The notes below the pieces were generated by a model that ran no database searches, was not told the DNA's origin, and worked only from the letters and a program-made list of their open reading frames with translations. From Vicinamibacterales bacterium (GTDB lineage Bacteria; Acidobacteriota; Vicinamibacteria; Vicinamibacterales; UBA2999), in contig DASRJR010000174.1 of NCBI GenBank assembly GCA_035649395.1, positions 94,878 to 158,877 of the forward strand: DNA of 64,000 bases, read 5' to 3'. Below, in pieces: positions 8,107 to 15,055 of this stretch. Numbering within the stretch: position 1 is the first letter of the stretch; each line of letters starts with the position of its first letter. Position numbers and translations under genes: made by a program.

Positions 8107-9827
8107 GACCGCCTCCCGTTGCTGAGACCAGAATTCGTGCTCGTTCCCGAGTGCTCACCGCCGAGGGCGTCGGCTCGCGCGTCGCGAACGAGACCATCAG
8201 CACGACCGACCCCTGGTGTTCGACTCGCCACACCGATCAGGATCGATCCGGCCCCGGGCACGCCGCCGACGATCGCGCGCAGCCGGTCAGCGATGCCCTT
8301 CGCATGATGGGTGGTCGTGTCGTGCATCAACAGTCCTATTTCGCCTTCTGCGAGCGTTCCGGCGAGATCCAATGGCCGGAGTTGCCCTCGCATGCCAGCG
8401 ACCCATCGTTGCGTCGCGCCAGGGAAGAACACCGCGTCGCGCACCAGCAGCACGACGACGGTGACCGGAGAGCCGCGCTCGAGAGCCTCCTTGGCCGACC
8501 GCTCAATCACTTCATGGAAACCGCGCGGGGCAGCGCGTCGATCCCGTCCCCCGGCCATGGCGCGGAGTGCAATCGGCGCCCATGCGACAAACATGCTCGC
8601 CGCCGCATTCACCACGTCCTGGTCCCGCGGCGTGAACGGCAGGCTCTCGCTTCGCGCCACGGCGATGGTCGTAGTGTAATGCCGTTCCGATCGCGAGACC
8701 ATCACCAAACGTTCGTCGCTCGACGTGTCGTGCACCCCAGCGCCCGGCGCGGTGACGCGTAATCCGTGGCCGCCGTTACTCGATTCAATCGCAAGCGATG
8801 CCGACGTCCCGCCGACTTCGACTCTCAAGTCGTCGAGCGCTCGCGCTGCGCGGGACTCGATCCGTTCATCGCCATCGGCCAGTCGCCGGCTGATCGCGAC
8901 CATCACGCGAGAAGCCGCTTCGGAGGCTGCCAGGGCGAGCGCGCACTCGAGCAACGCGAGATACGCGCCGAGCCGCTGCACGTCTTGCGCCCCGATCTCG
9001 CCGGTAAACACCAGCAGCCAGGAACGTCCCTCACGCCGCTTGAAGCGTTTGACGTAGACGTCTTCACCAACAGCGAGGCCGAATCGATCGAGGTGGCCCT
9101 GCGGCAGCCGGGTGAGATCGCCGATCTCGGGCAATCCAACCGTCGGGATCGTTGTGGGACGCTCGGTGGTTCTCGTGCCGGGCAGTGTGACGTCGCGCAC
9201 GAACGAGTCGTCGTCGACTTCGATGTATCCCGAGACCTCGATGTCGTGCCAGACGGCGACGGCTTCGCCAAACAGACGCACGAGCTCTCGGTCGGATTCA
9301 CGCTCCGCCGCTTGCGATAGAAGGCGCGCCAGCGGCGCGAGCCGACTGATCCCGCTCGCGTGAAAGGCCGGCGGACTCTGTAAGTGGGCTTCAACCGCAG
9401 TCGACAGCCACGAGCCGACGAGCTGCAGCTGTGCTCGGGATGATTCGGCGTCCTGCGACATCGGCAGCGCCCGGGCAAGGACCAGGACGCCCGGTGAACT
9501 GCGCTCCATCGTCACCGGGAGACAGATGATTTGAAGCCCGTGCAACGCGGTTGATTGGGGTTGACGGGATTGGAGCGCGTTCGAAAGGGCGGAGCGGAGA
9601 ACGGCGTCGCCGGGTTCGAGCAACCCCGACACACTGGGCGTCGCGCCCGCAGCGAACGGAAGCAGCGGCGCGTATCGTTTGTCAACCAACTGCAGATCGA
9701 CCTTGAGACGACGGCGCAATTCGAGCAGCCAGTCCCACGACCGCTCGCGCACCGCCGTTTCGAATGCGGAGGGTTCCTGTGTCACAGGTGATGTGCTGTC
9801 GGTGACGACCATCAGCGGGGCGCACAC
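8103..9827 (-). CDS. large sensory-type protein with a C-terminal degenerate GGDEF domain that retains an RxxD I-site
   Basis: The C-terminus VTVVVLLVRDAVFF...RPLDLAGTLAEGEIGLLMHD...ILIGVASR...DARADAL follows the GGDEF fold pattern. The signature is AEGEI instead of GGDEF, and RPLD lies 5 residues upstream. The N-terminal ~400 aa are unassigned and look GAF-like by eye only. I prefer GTG 9827 because GAGGAAG lies upstream; ATG 9812 is possible. The ORF opens at 10124, inside bEBP-3. Confidence 0.7.
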   Translation of the reverse strand: MCAPLMVVTDSTSPVTQEPSAFETAVRERSWDWLLELRRRLKVDLQLVDKRYAPLLPFAAGATPSVSGLLEPGDAVLRSALSNALQSRQPQSTALHGLQIICLPVTMERSSPGVLVLARALPMSQDAESSRAQLQLVGSWLSTAVEAHLQSPPAFHASGISRLAPLARLLSQAAERESDRELVRLFGEAVAVWHDIEVSGYIEVDDDSFVRDVTLPGTRTTERPTTIPTVGLPEIGDLTRLPQGHLDRFGLAVGEDVYVKRFKRREGRSWLLVFTGEIGAQDVQRLGAYLALLECALALAASEAASRVMVAISRRLADGDERIESRAARALDDLRVEVGGTSASLAIESSNGGHGLRVTAPGAGVHDTSSDERLVMVSRSERHYTTTIAVARSESLPFTPRDQDVVNAAASMFVAWAPIALRAMAGGRDRRAAPRGFHEVIERSAKEALERGSPVTVVVLLVRDAVFFPGATQRWVAGMRGQLRPLDLAGTLAEGEIGLLMHDTTTHHAKGIADRLRAIVGGVPGAGSILIGVASRTPGVGRADGLVRDARADALGGEHSGTSTNSGLSNGRRS

Positions 9828-9862
9828 GAGGACTTCCTCGCCGGGCGCAGCTGTATCGTTGT

Positions 9863-9878
9863 TGCAATCGACCCGCCA
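9863..9878 (-). promoter_or_regulatory. sigma-54 promoter-like motif P3 (upstream of the degenerate GGDEF / PilZ-B pair)
   Basis: The minus strand reads TGGCGGG-TCGA-TTGCA at exact consensus spacing. It is about 37 nt upstream of GTG 9827, with the SD GAGGAAG in between. Confidence 0.55.
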
Positions 9879-10000
9879 GACGGTGTGGCGTCGGTCGCCA
9901 TCGACACATCGACAAATTGGGCCAAAAACGTTGATTCTGCCTGCGGAAAGGACACCGGCTGGCAGACAAAAGCACGAGTATCGCGGACATCCCCGCGGCG

Positions 10001-11176
10001 TCAGCCGACGTGCGCCATCGGCTTGCGCAACGCGGCCTTGGCCGGTAATGGCGGCAGTGCTAAGCGCGGCTGTCGCTGCGGCTGAACCGTGCCATGACGG
10101 AATTCCCTGAAGTCGGCCCCGCATTGATGTGCCGCTAGGAAATTGAGGAAGCGCTTGTAGTCCTGACTCGACATGCCGAAGAGCTTCAGTAACGCGCGGT
10201 AGTTCCCTCGCGTCGTCGTCAGCCCGCGCCTCACCAGTTCCCGCATGTCATGTCGAGTGATGTCCCTGGATAGGAACAGCGGATAGATGTGATCCCAGAA
10301 CGAGTAACCCCCGTGAACCAGCGCTGTATACAGCTCGTCGGAAATCTGGGAGCGGCGCTCGCGCATCGGCAATATCGATTGCGCCGGTACACGTACCGTC
10401 TCCGGGAGGTGCGGCACATCGACGACATCGCCGTGAGACAGCCACATCGCCTGCTCGACGACGTTCTGCAGTTCACGGACATTGCCAGGCCAACGATGGC
10501 GACGAAGGCAGATCATCGCCTCCTCAGTGAAGCGAGCGACGCGCCCAGTCCGCTCGATGAAGTGCGCCACGAGCACCGGAATGTCTTCGCGTCGGTCGCG
10601 CAGCGGCGGCACCTCGACATGAATGACCCGCAACCGGTAAAGGAGATCCTCTCGAAACTGACCCGCTGCAATCAGATCGGCCAGATTTCGATTGGTTGCC
10701 GCAATCACCCGCACGTTGACCGTCGTGACGCGCGTATCGGCTCCGACCGCTTGAATCTCTCCGTTCTCGAGAAACCGCAGCAACATCGCCTGCATGCGCA
10801 GGCTCATCTCACCCACCTCGTCGAGGAAGACCGTGCCCCCATGCGCGGCCTGCAGCTTCCCCGCTTTGTCGCGATACGCGCCGGTGAAGCTGCCCTTCAC
10901 GTGCCCGAACAACTCGGACTCGAGTAACGACTCGGTGAGTCCGGCGCAGTTCACCGGAACATAGGGCTGATTCGCGCGGCGCGATCGGAAGTGAATGCGT
11001 CGCGCGATCAGATCCTTGCCGACACCACTCTCCCCAGTAATGAGCACCTTGCCGTCGGAAATGGCAGCGCGATCCGCCGCGGCAACCAGCGCGTGCATCG
11101 ACGCACTCGCGACGATCAGAGATGAACCGGGACCAAGCGCACTTGGCCCCGGTCCAAGGTGAGAATCGGTCGACAT
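10001..11176 (-). CDS. sigma-54-interacting activator (bEBP-3), PspF-like, no sensory domain
   Basis: GESGVGKD, GSFTGAYRDKAGK, RWPGNVREL, and C-terminal SFWDHIYPLFLSRDITR...RGNYRALLKLFGMSSQDYKRFLNFLAAH. I prefer ATG 11176 (MSTDSH) because GGGAG lies 7 nt upstream. Confidence 0.9.
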   Translation of the reverse strand: MSTDSHLGPGPSALGPGSSLIVASASMHALVAAADRAAISDGKVLITGESGVGKDLIARRIHFRSRRANQPYVPVNCAGLTESLLESELFGHVKGSFTGAYRDKAGKLQAAHGGTVFLDEVGEMSLRMQAMLLRFLENGEIQAVGADTRVTTVNVRVIAATNRNLADLIAAGQFREDLLYRLRVIHVEVPPLRDRREDIPVLVAHFIERTGRVARFTEEAMICLRRHRWPGNVRELQNVVEQAMWLSHGDVVDVPHLPETVRVPAQSILPMRERRSQISDELYTALVHGGYSFWDHIYPLFLSRDITRHDMRELVRRGLTTTRGNYRALLKLFGMSSQDYKRFLNFLAAHQCGADFREFRHGTVQPQRQPRLALPPLPAKAALRKPMAHVG

Positions 11177-11247
11177 CAGTGGCTCCCGTCCACGTATGCT
11201 GCGAGTGTGAAATTCTGTTACCTGCTCAAAGCGGCGCACCTTGAGTC

Positions 11248-11263
11248 AGCAAGTTTCACTCCA
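11248..11263 (-). promoter_or_regulatory. weaker sigma-54 promoter-like motif P4 (upstream of bEBP-3)
   Basis: The minus strand reads TGGAGTG-AAAC-TTGCT. The GG and TTGC spacing is correct, but the -24 element is only TGG. Confidence 0.3.
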
Positions 11264-11413
11264 GCCGGCGATTGCGCGTATTCGCGTCGCGGAGCTCAAT
11301 TCGGCGATCTAGTCCTGGCGAAGGCAGACAATTATCGAGTCCGATTTCGGCGACTCTCGTGAAAGTCTCAGCAGAGTTGTTCACGGCTGGTCAAAGTTCG
11401 ACCTCCGCGCCTG

Positions 11414-11722
11414 CTACGCCCGCCACAACGCCGTCCGGAGACTGTGTGTGCCGGGGGGGTTGGTCCAGAGGAATCGCGCGCCGAGGTGGTAGACCGATCC
11501 GGCGCCGGCAATTGGCTGGCATCTGACGATCTGCACGTCATCGACCAGCTCGCGCCCGTCAATCACGACCCGAATCGAGGCGACGGCACCGACATCGAAC
11601 CGGCGTTCGGTCTCGATCAGGCATCCCGAGGCGCTGCAATTGAGCACCCGCATCTGACAGAGTCGTGTGATGATGCCCAGTCGGTCGGCCGCTGGTGCGT
11701 CGCTACTCCCTTCGTCTCTCAT
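11414..11722 (-). CDS. PilZ-like protein (PilZ-C) with NxSxxG but no clear RxxxR
   Basis: NCSASGCLIE matches (D/N)xSxxG, followed by a beta-rich VVIDGRELV...VYHLGARF. ATG 11722 shares one nt with the upstream stop in a TGATG junction. Confidence 0.6.
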   Translation of the reverse strand: MRDEGSSDAPAADRLGIITRLCQMRVLNCSASGCLIETERRFDVGAVASIRVVIDGRELVDDVQIVRCQPIAGAGSVYHLGARFLWTNPPGTHSLRTALWRA

Positions 11723-12027
11723 CAACGTCGTCCCTGATTCAGCAGATCGCCTTCGTGCTCGTCGATCTGCCGTAACCAAAGGCGATGGCGCACGGCTCCG
11801 TCCGTCATGACAGGTCGGCTCTCGACGACCCTGGCCACGTGTGTGGTGCCGTCGTCGAGTGATTCCACGACAACGGTTTCATCGAGCACACCGGCCTCGC
11901 GGCTCATCGCAATCCACTCGCCCTCTGTCCGTTCGGACAAAACCACATCACGCGTCACCCGCATTACGCCTATAGCGCCATCCGCGATCGTCATTCTCGA
12001 ATAGCTACGCCGCCCCAGCATCCACAC
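11722..12027 (-). CDS. hypothetical small protein, first gene of the PilZ-C pair
   Basis: 101-aa ORF (MWMLGRRSYSRMTIADG...). GAGG lies upstream of the alternative ATG at 12021. No family recognised. Confidence 0.45.
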   Translation of the reverse strand: MWMLGRRSYSRMTIADGAIGVMRVTRDVVLSERTEGEWIAMSREAGVLDETVVVESLDDGTTHVARVVESRPVMTDGAVRHRLWLRQIDEHEGDLLNQGRR

Positions 12028-12066
12028 CTCGACTTCGCACGCACGACAGTGTGCGACAACGTCGCT

Positions 12067-12082
12067 GGCAAGGGCGGTGCCG
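12067..12082 (-). promoter_or_regulatory. sigma-54 promoter-like motif P6 (upstream of the hypothetical / PilZ-C pair)
   Basis: The minus strand reads cGGCACC-GCCC-TTGCc with correct spacing. It lies about 40 nt upstream of start 12027/12021. Confidence 0.5.
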
Positions 12083-12231
12083 CACCGTGCATATCTGAAT
12101 TTCGCCGGTTTGTGCCCGATTTGGAGGGGAGACTCGATCGGCCGGCGAGGTCGGTTCGCGTGCCGCGTTGAGCTTTGTCTGCTGGGGATCAGAATGGGTC
12201 TTGACGACCCTCGAAGCGCGCCGTCGGGGCT

Positions 12232-12588
12232 TTACCGCTTGATCGTGGATAACTTCTCGTTGACGAGGGCCACCAGCGCCGAAGGAGAAATTGGTTTGAC
12301 GACGTAGTCGGCGCCCGCTCGACGAGCCTCGGCCTCAAGAACCTGGTCGGGGAAACCGGTCACGATGATCGTCGGAATTGGACGTGGATTGAGCAGGAGC
12401 AGCTGCAGCCCGTTGAAGCCGCCGAGACGCAGATCGGCGATCACCAGGTCCGGGCTCTCGACTTGAACGGCGTGGCGACCCTCCTGATACGTGCTGGTCG
12501 CGATGACCTCGTGGCCTGCGAGGTTCAGCAGCTCACGATAGCCCGCGCGGGTCGCGTCATCATCCTCAACAATAACGATCTTTGCCAT
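12232..12588 (-). CDS. single-domain CheY-like response regulator
   Basis: MAKIVIVEDDD...DLVIADLRLGGFNGLQLL...IVTGF...YVVKP. It has a receiver domain only. Confidence 0.85.
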   Translation of the reverse strand: MAKIVIVEDDDATRAGYRELLNLAGHEVIATSTYQEGRHAVQVESPDLVIADLRLGGFNGLQLLLLNPRPIPTIIVTGFPDQVLEAEARRAGADYVVKPISPSALVALVNEKLSTIKR

Positions 12589-12815
12589 GAGCGCCTCCCC
12601 GCCCCGCTACGCCGATCTGCGTTCGCACTGCATACCGCCCGATGATAGGCCGATTATGTCTTATGCACACGGTGCGCTCGCACATTGAGTTTTCTGGACC
12701 TGTGCGGTTAGTCCGGAAGATCGAGCGAGCGACATTAGGCCGTTGGCTGTGAATTCATGCGTAATCTCGTGCACTATCGCGTACTCTCGGCGCCTATGGT
12801 GAAGCCACGCCGCAT

Positions 12816-12831
12816 GGGCAGTGGCGTTGCA
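12816..12831 (+). promoter_or_regulatory. sigma-54 promoter-like motif P5 (upstream of PilZ-D / pseudo-PilT)
   Basis: The plus strand reads gGGCAGT-GGCG-TTGCA with correct spacing. The GC is only 16 nt before ATG 12846, so either the mRNA is nearly leaderless or the true start is ATG 12882. Confidence 0.4.
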
Positions 12832-12845
12832 CTCAGTATGGTGTC

Positions 12846-13310
12846 ATGAGCGAGCCGCCTGACGACGAATTCTTCGTGTCCATGCCGGACGGCTCCCTCG
12901 ACGACCTGTTCGCGGGCCTCGAAAAGTCGCTCAAGACCGACCCGTCCGAGCCAGCTGCAGCCGCCACGAGGGAACAGGCGCCGCCAACGGCGGACGCCCC
13001 ACCCGCTCGCGCCGAACGTCGACGCGCGCCGCGACGCGAAGCCCACGAGTTCAAAACGGAACTGCGGCTGGCCGTGGCGGGCTTCCCGATGAAGCTCGTC
13101 AACCTATCGTCCACGGGATTATTGGCCGAAACAAGTCAAAGGTTGTGCCCGGGTCGCACGGTCGATGTTTTCCTGCGATACGGCGGCGTTCGCCGCGTGC
13201 TCCGTGCGACCGTGATTCGATCGTCGATGCACGCCGTCGCACCAACGCCGGTGTTCCGGGCGGCACTTCAGTTCGAAGACACGCTTACCTTGCAGGACGC
13301 TGACTTATGA
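12846..13310 (+). CDS. PilZ-domain protein (PilZ-D) with an acidic/Pro-rich N-terminal extension
   Basis: RRAPR matches RxxxR and NLSSTG matches NxSxxG. The stop overlaps the next start in an ATGA junction at 13307-13310. Confidence 0.8.
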   Translation: MSEPPDDEFFVSMPDGSLDDLFAGLEKSLKTDPSEPAAAATREQAPPTADAPPARAERRRAPRREAHEFKTELRLAVAGFPMKLVNLSSTGLLAETSQRLCPGRTVDVFLRYGGVRRVLRATVIRSSMHAVAPTPVFRAALQFEDTLTLQDADL

Positions 13311-15055
13311 GTTTGCTGCCATCGCTGTGCGCGGCCCTCGAGCGGGCGGGTGGACAACGTCTCATCATGCGGGCCGGTGAACGTCCCCACGTGCTTGCGG
13401 GGGACCGTCGCCACGACGTGGCGACGGCGGTCCTGTCGGTCAATGCCGTCGAAGCGCTCGTCGATCAGATCCTTTCGAGCGACAGCCGCCGTGCCCTCGC
13501 CGAGCGCGGTTCGGTCGAAGAGGTGTTGAATACGCCAGCGTTTCCGCAGCCGCTGACCGCGCGCGCCGAGCGCGTCGGCGACGATTTCTGCGTGGAGTTG
13601 CTCGTGACTACGTCGCAGCCAGAGACAGAACCGGTTCCAGTGAGCAAGCCCGATCATGAACCGCAGCCCGTGGCCGCCATCGAGGAGGTCCCCGCAGACC
13701 TCGCATTGGATGAGGCCGGTCCGCTTCCGGTGACGCCCGTCATCGAGACCTTCCAGGGGTCGCACGAGATCGCGCTCAACGTTGCGTCGCCGACGCCGCG
13801 GGAGACGCCTCGCATTGAACCGCATCCGCCTGTGCGCGTCGTCGCTCGCGTCGAAGAACCGGTCCATAAGCCAACCGTCGTCGCCCGCACCGTGAACGCG
13901 CACACTGATCTTCATGGCTGGATCGCGTACGCGTTCGAGCGCGGGTCGACCACGCTGTTCCTGCGCACGGGTGCCCCGCCTGCCGGCCGCATCAACGAGC
14001 GCATTGCACCGATCAGCGACGAGATCGTCGGTCCCTCTGTCTTCGAAGAGATCGCGTCAATCACGACTCGCGGTGGTGACAGCGCGTGGCGCAGTGTGTC
14101 GGATGGCGAGTGGGCGCGCGATCACGCGGACTTTGGGCACGTTACATGCCGCGCGTTCGACGACGATCAAGGCCAGGGCCTGGTCGTTCACCTGGTTCCA
14201 CGCATCACACCAAAGCTGCTGCACAAGCACATACCCCGCCAGGTGCGCACGGCGTGCGAAGGCGACGGCCTCGTCCTCGTCTCGGCTCAAACTGAAGCCG
14301 AGGTCGCGTCGCTCGCCGCCGCGACGGCAGATTGGAGTGGACGCACCCGTGGCGGATATCTGATCGCGTTGCACCGCCGAGGCGCTCGGACCGAGCTCGC
14401 GGGCGCATTCGTCAGCCAGCGCACGGTGAGCGGCGGCGACGCGGATTTCGCCACAGCGATCCGGCGCGCGGCACACGAGGGACCTGACATTCTGCTTGTG
14501 GTCGGCCCACAAACGGAAACGACGCTTCACGAAGCCGTCCTCGCGGCGGCATCAGGCCGGCTGGTGATCGTCGGAGTGGTCGCGCCGACGGCCACGCAGG
14601 CGTTGCAGACGGTGCTCGGTCACAGCGGACTCGATCGCGACGCCCACGTGCGTCGGGCACTTGCCTCGTCCTTCCGCGTCGCGGTCGGCTATCGAACGCT
14701 GCGGCGGCTGGGTGGGGGACGGATTCTTGTTCAGGACATCGTCACGGCGTCGAAGGACGTCCGCGCGCTGGTTGAAGCCGCCGATTTCAAGGGCCTGACC
14801 GCGTTGATTCGCCGCGGCGTGTCGGGGATGCGCTCGGTCGACGAGGCGCTTGCACGCGCGACCAGACGTCGTCAGGTGTCGCTGCGAGAGGCGGCGGCGC
14901 ATGCCGATGATCGCCGTCAGTTCGTCGCGTTGGTCCGCATGCGCGCACGTGCGAGCCATGGCGCGAGAGCCCGAGACATTCACGGACCGATCTCGCTCGA
15001 CGAACGCAGCAGCGGCCGCGCCGCGAGCGGCGGCAAGCGCGCATCACGCGCCTGA
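13307..15055 (+). CDS. PilT/T2SS-E-fold protein with degenerate ATPase motifs (predicted pseudo-ATPase)
   Basis: The C-terminal half is collinear with PilT: GSTTLFLRTGAPPAGRI, GLVLVSAQTEAEVASLAAAT in place of GLVLVTGPTGSGKST, GPDILLVVGPQTETT in place of DPDIILVGEMRDxET, and SGRLVIVGVVAP in place of TGHLVFxTLHT. No GK[ST] Walker A occurs anywhere in the protein. The N-terminus holds a second PilT-N-like segment and a Pro/Glu-rich linker. Confidence 0.8.
   Translation: MSLLPSLCAALERAGGQRLIMRAGERPHVLAGDRRHDVATAVLSVNAVEALVDQILSSDSRRALAERGSVEEVLNTPAFPQPLTARAERVGDDFCVELLVTTSQPETEPVPVSKPDHEPQPVAAIEEVPADLALDEAGPLPVTPVIETFQGSHEIALNVASPTPRETPRIEPHPPVRVVARVEEPVHKPTVVARTVNAHTDLHGWIAYAFERGSTTLFLRTGAPPAGRINERIAPISDEIVGPSVFEEIASITTRGGDSAWRSVSDGEWARDHADFGHVTCRAFDDDQGQGLVVHLVPRITPKLLHKHIPRQVRTACEGDGLVLVSAQTEAEVASLAAATADWSGRTRGGYLIALHRRGARTELAGAFVSQRTVSGGDADFATAIRRAAHEGPDILLVVGPQTETTLHEAVLAAASGRLVIVGVVAPTATQALQTVLGHSGLDRDAHVRRALASSFRVAVGYRTLRRLGGGRILVQDIVTASKDVRALVEAADFKGLTALIRRGVSGMRSVDEALARATRRRQVSLREAAAHADDRRQFVALVRMRARASHGARARDIHGPISLDERSSGRAASGGKRASRA

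Noticed and set aside
11723-11779. The TTG 11779 start for PilZ-C would add an RRARRR (RxxxR-type) motif.
   Set aside because: Only 7 of the 19 codons in the extension end in G or C, which is atypical for this genome. The extension would also overlap the upstream ORF by 58 nt and place RxxxR about 40 residues from NxSxxG. It remains a possible alternative.
12066-12080. Plus-strand sigma-54-like matches TGGCAAGGGCGGTGC (12066-12080) and TGGCAACAAGCGTGC (5964-5978).
   Set aside because: They are the mirror images of minus-strand motifs P6 and P1, since the element is partly palindromic. They have poorer -12 elements, and no plus-strand gene lies downstream.
12589-12815. A sigma-54 promoter might serve the CheY-like gene (minus strand) in the divergent spacer.
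   Set aside because: A manual scan found no GG-N10-GC element with TTGC in the minus orientation. Only the plus-strand P5 was found.
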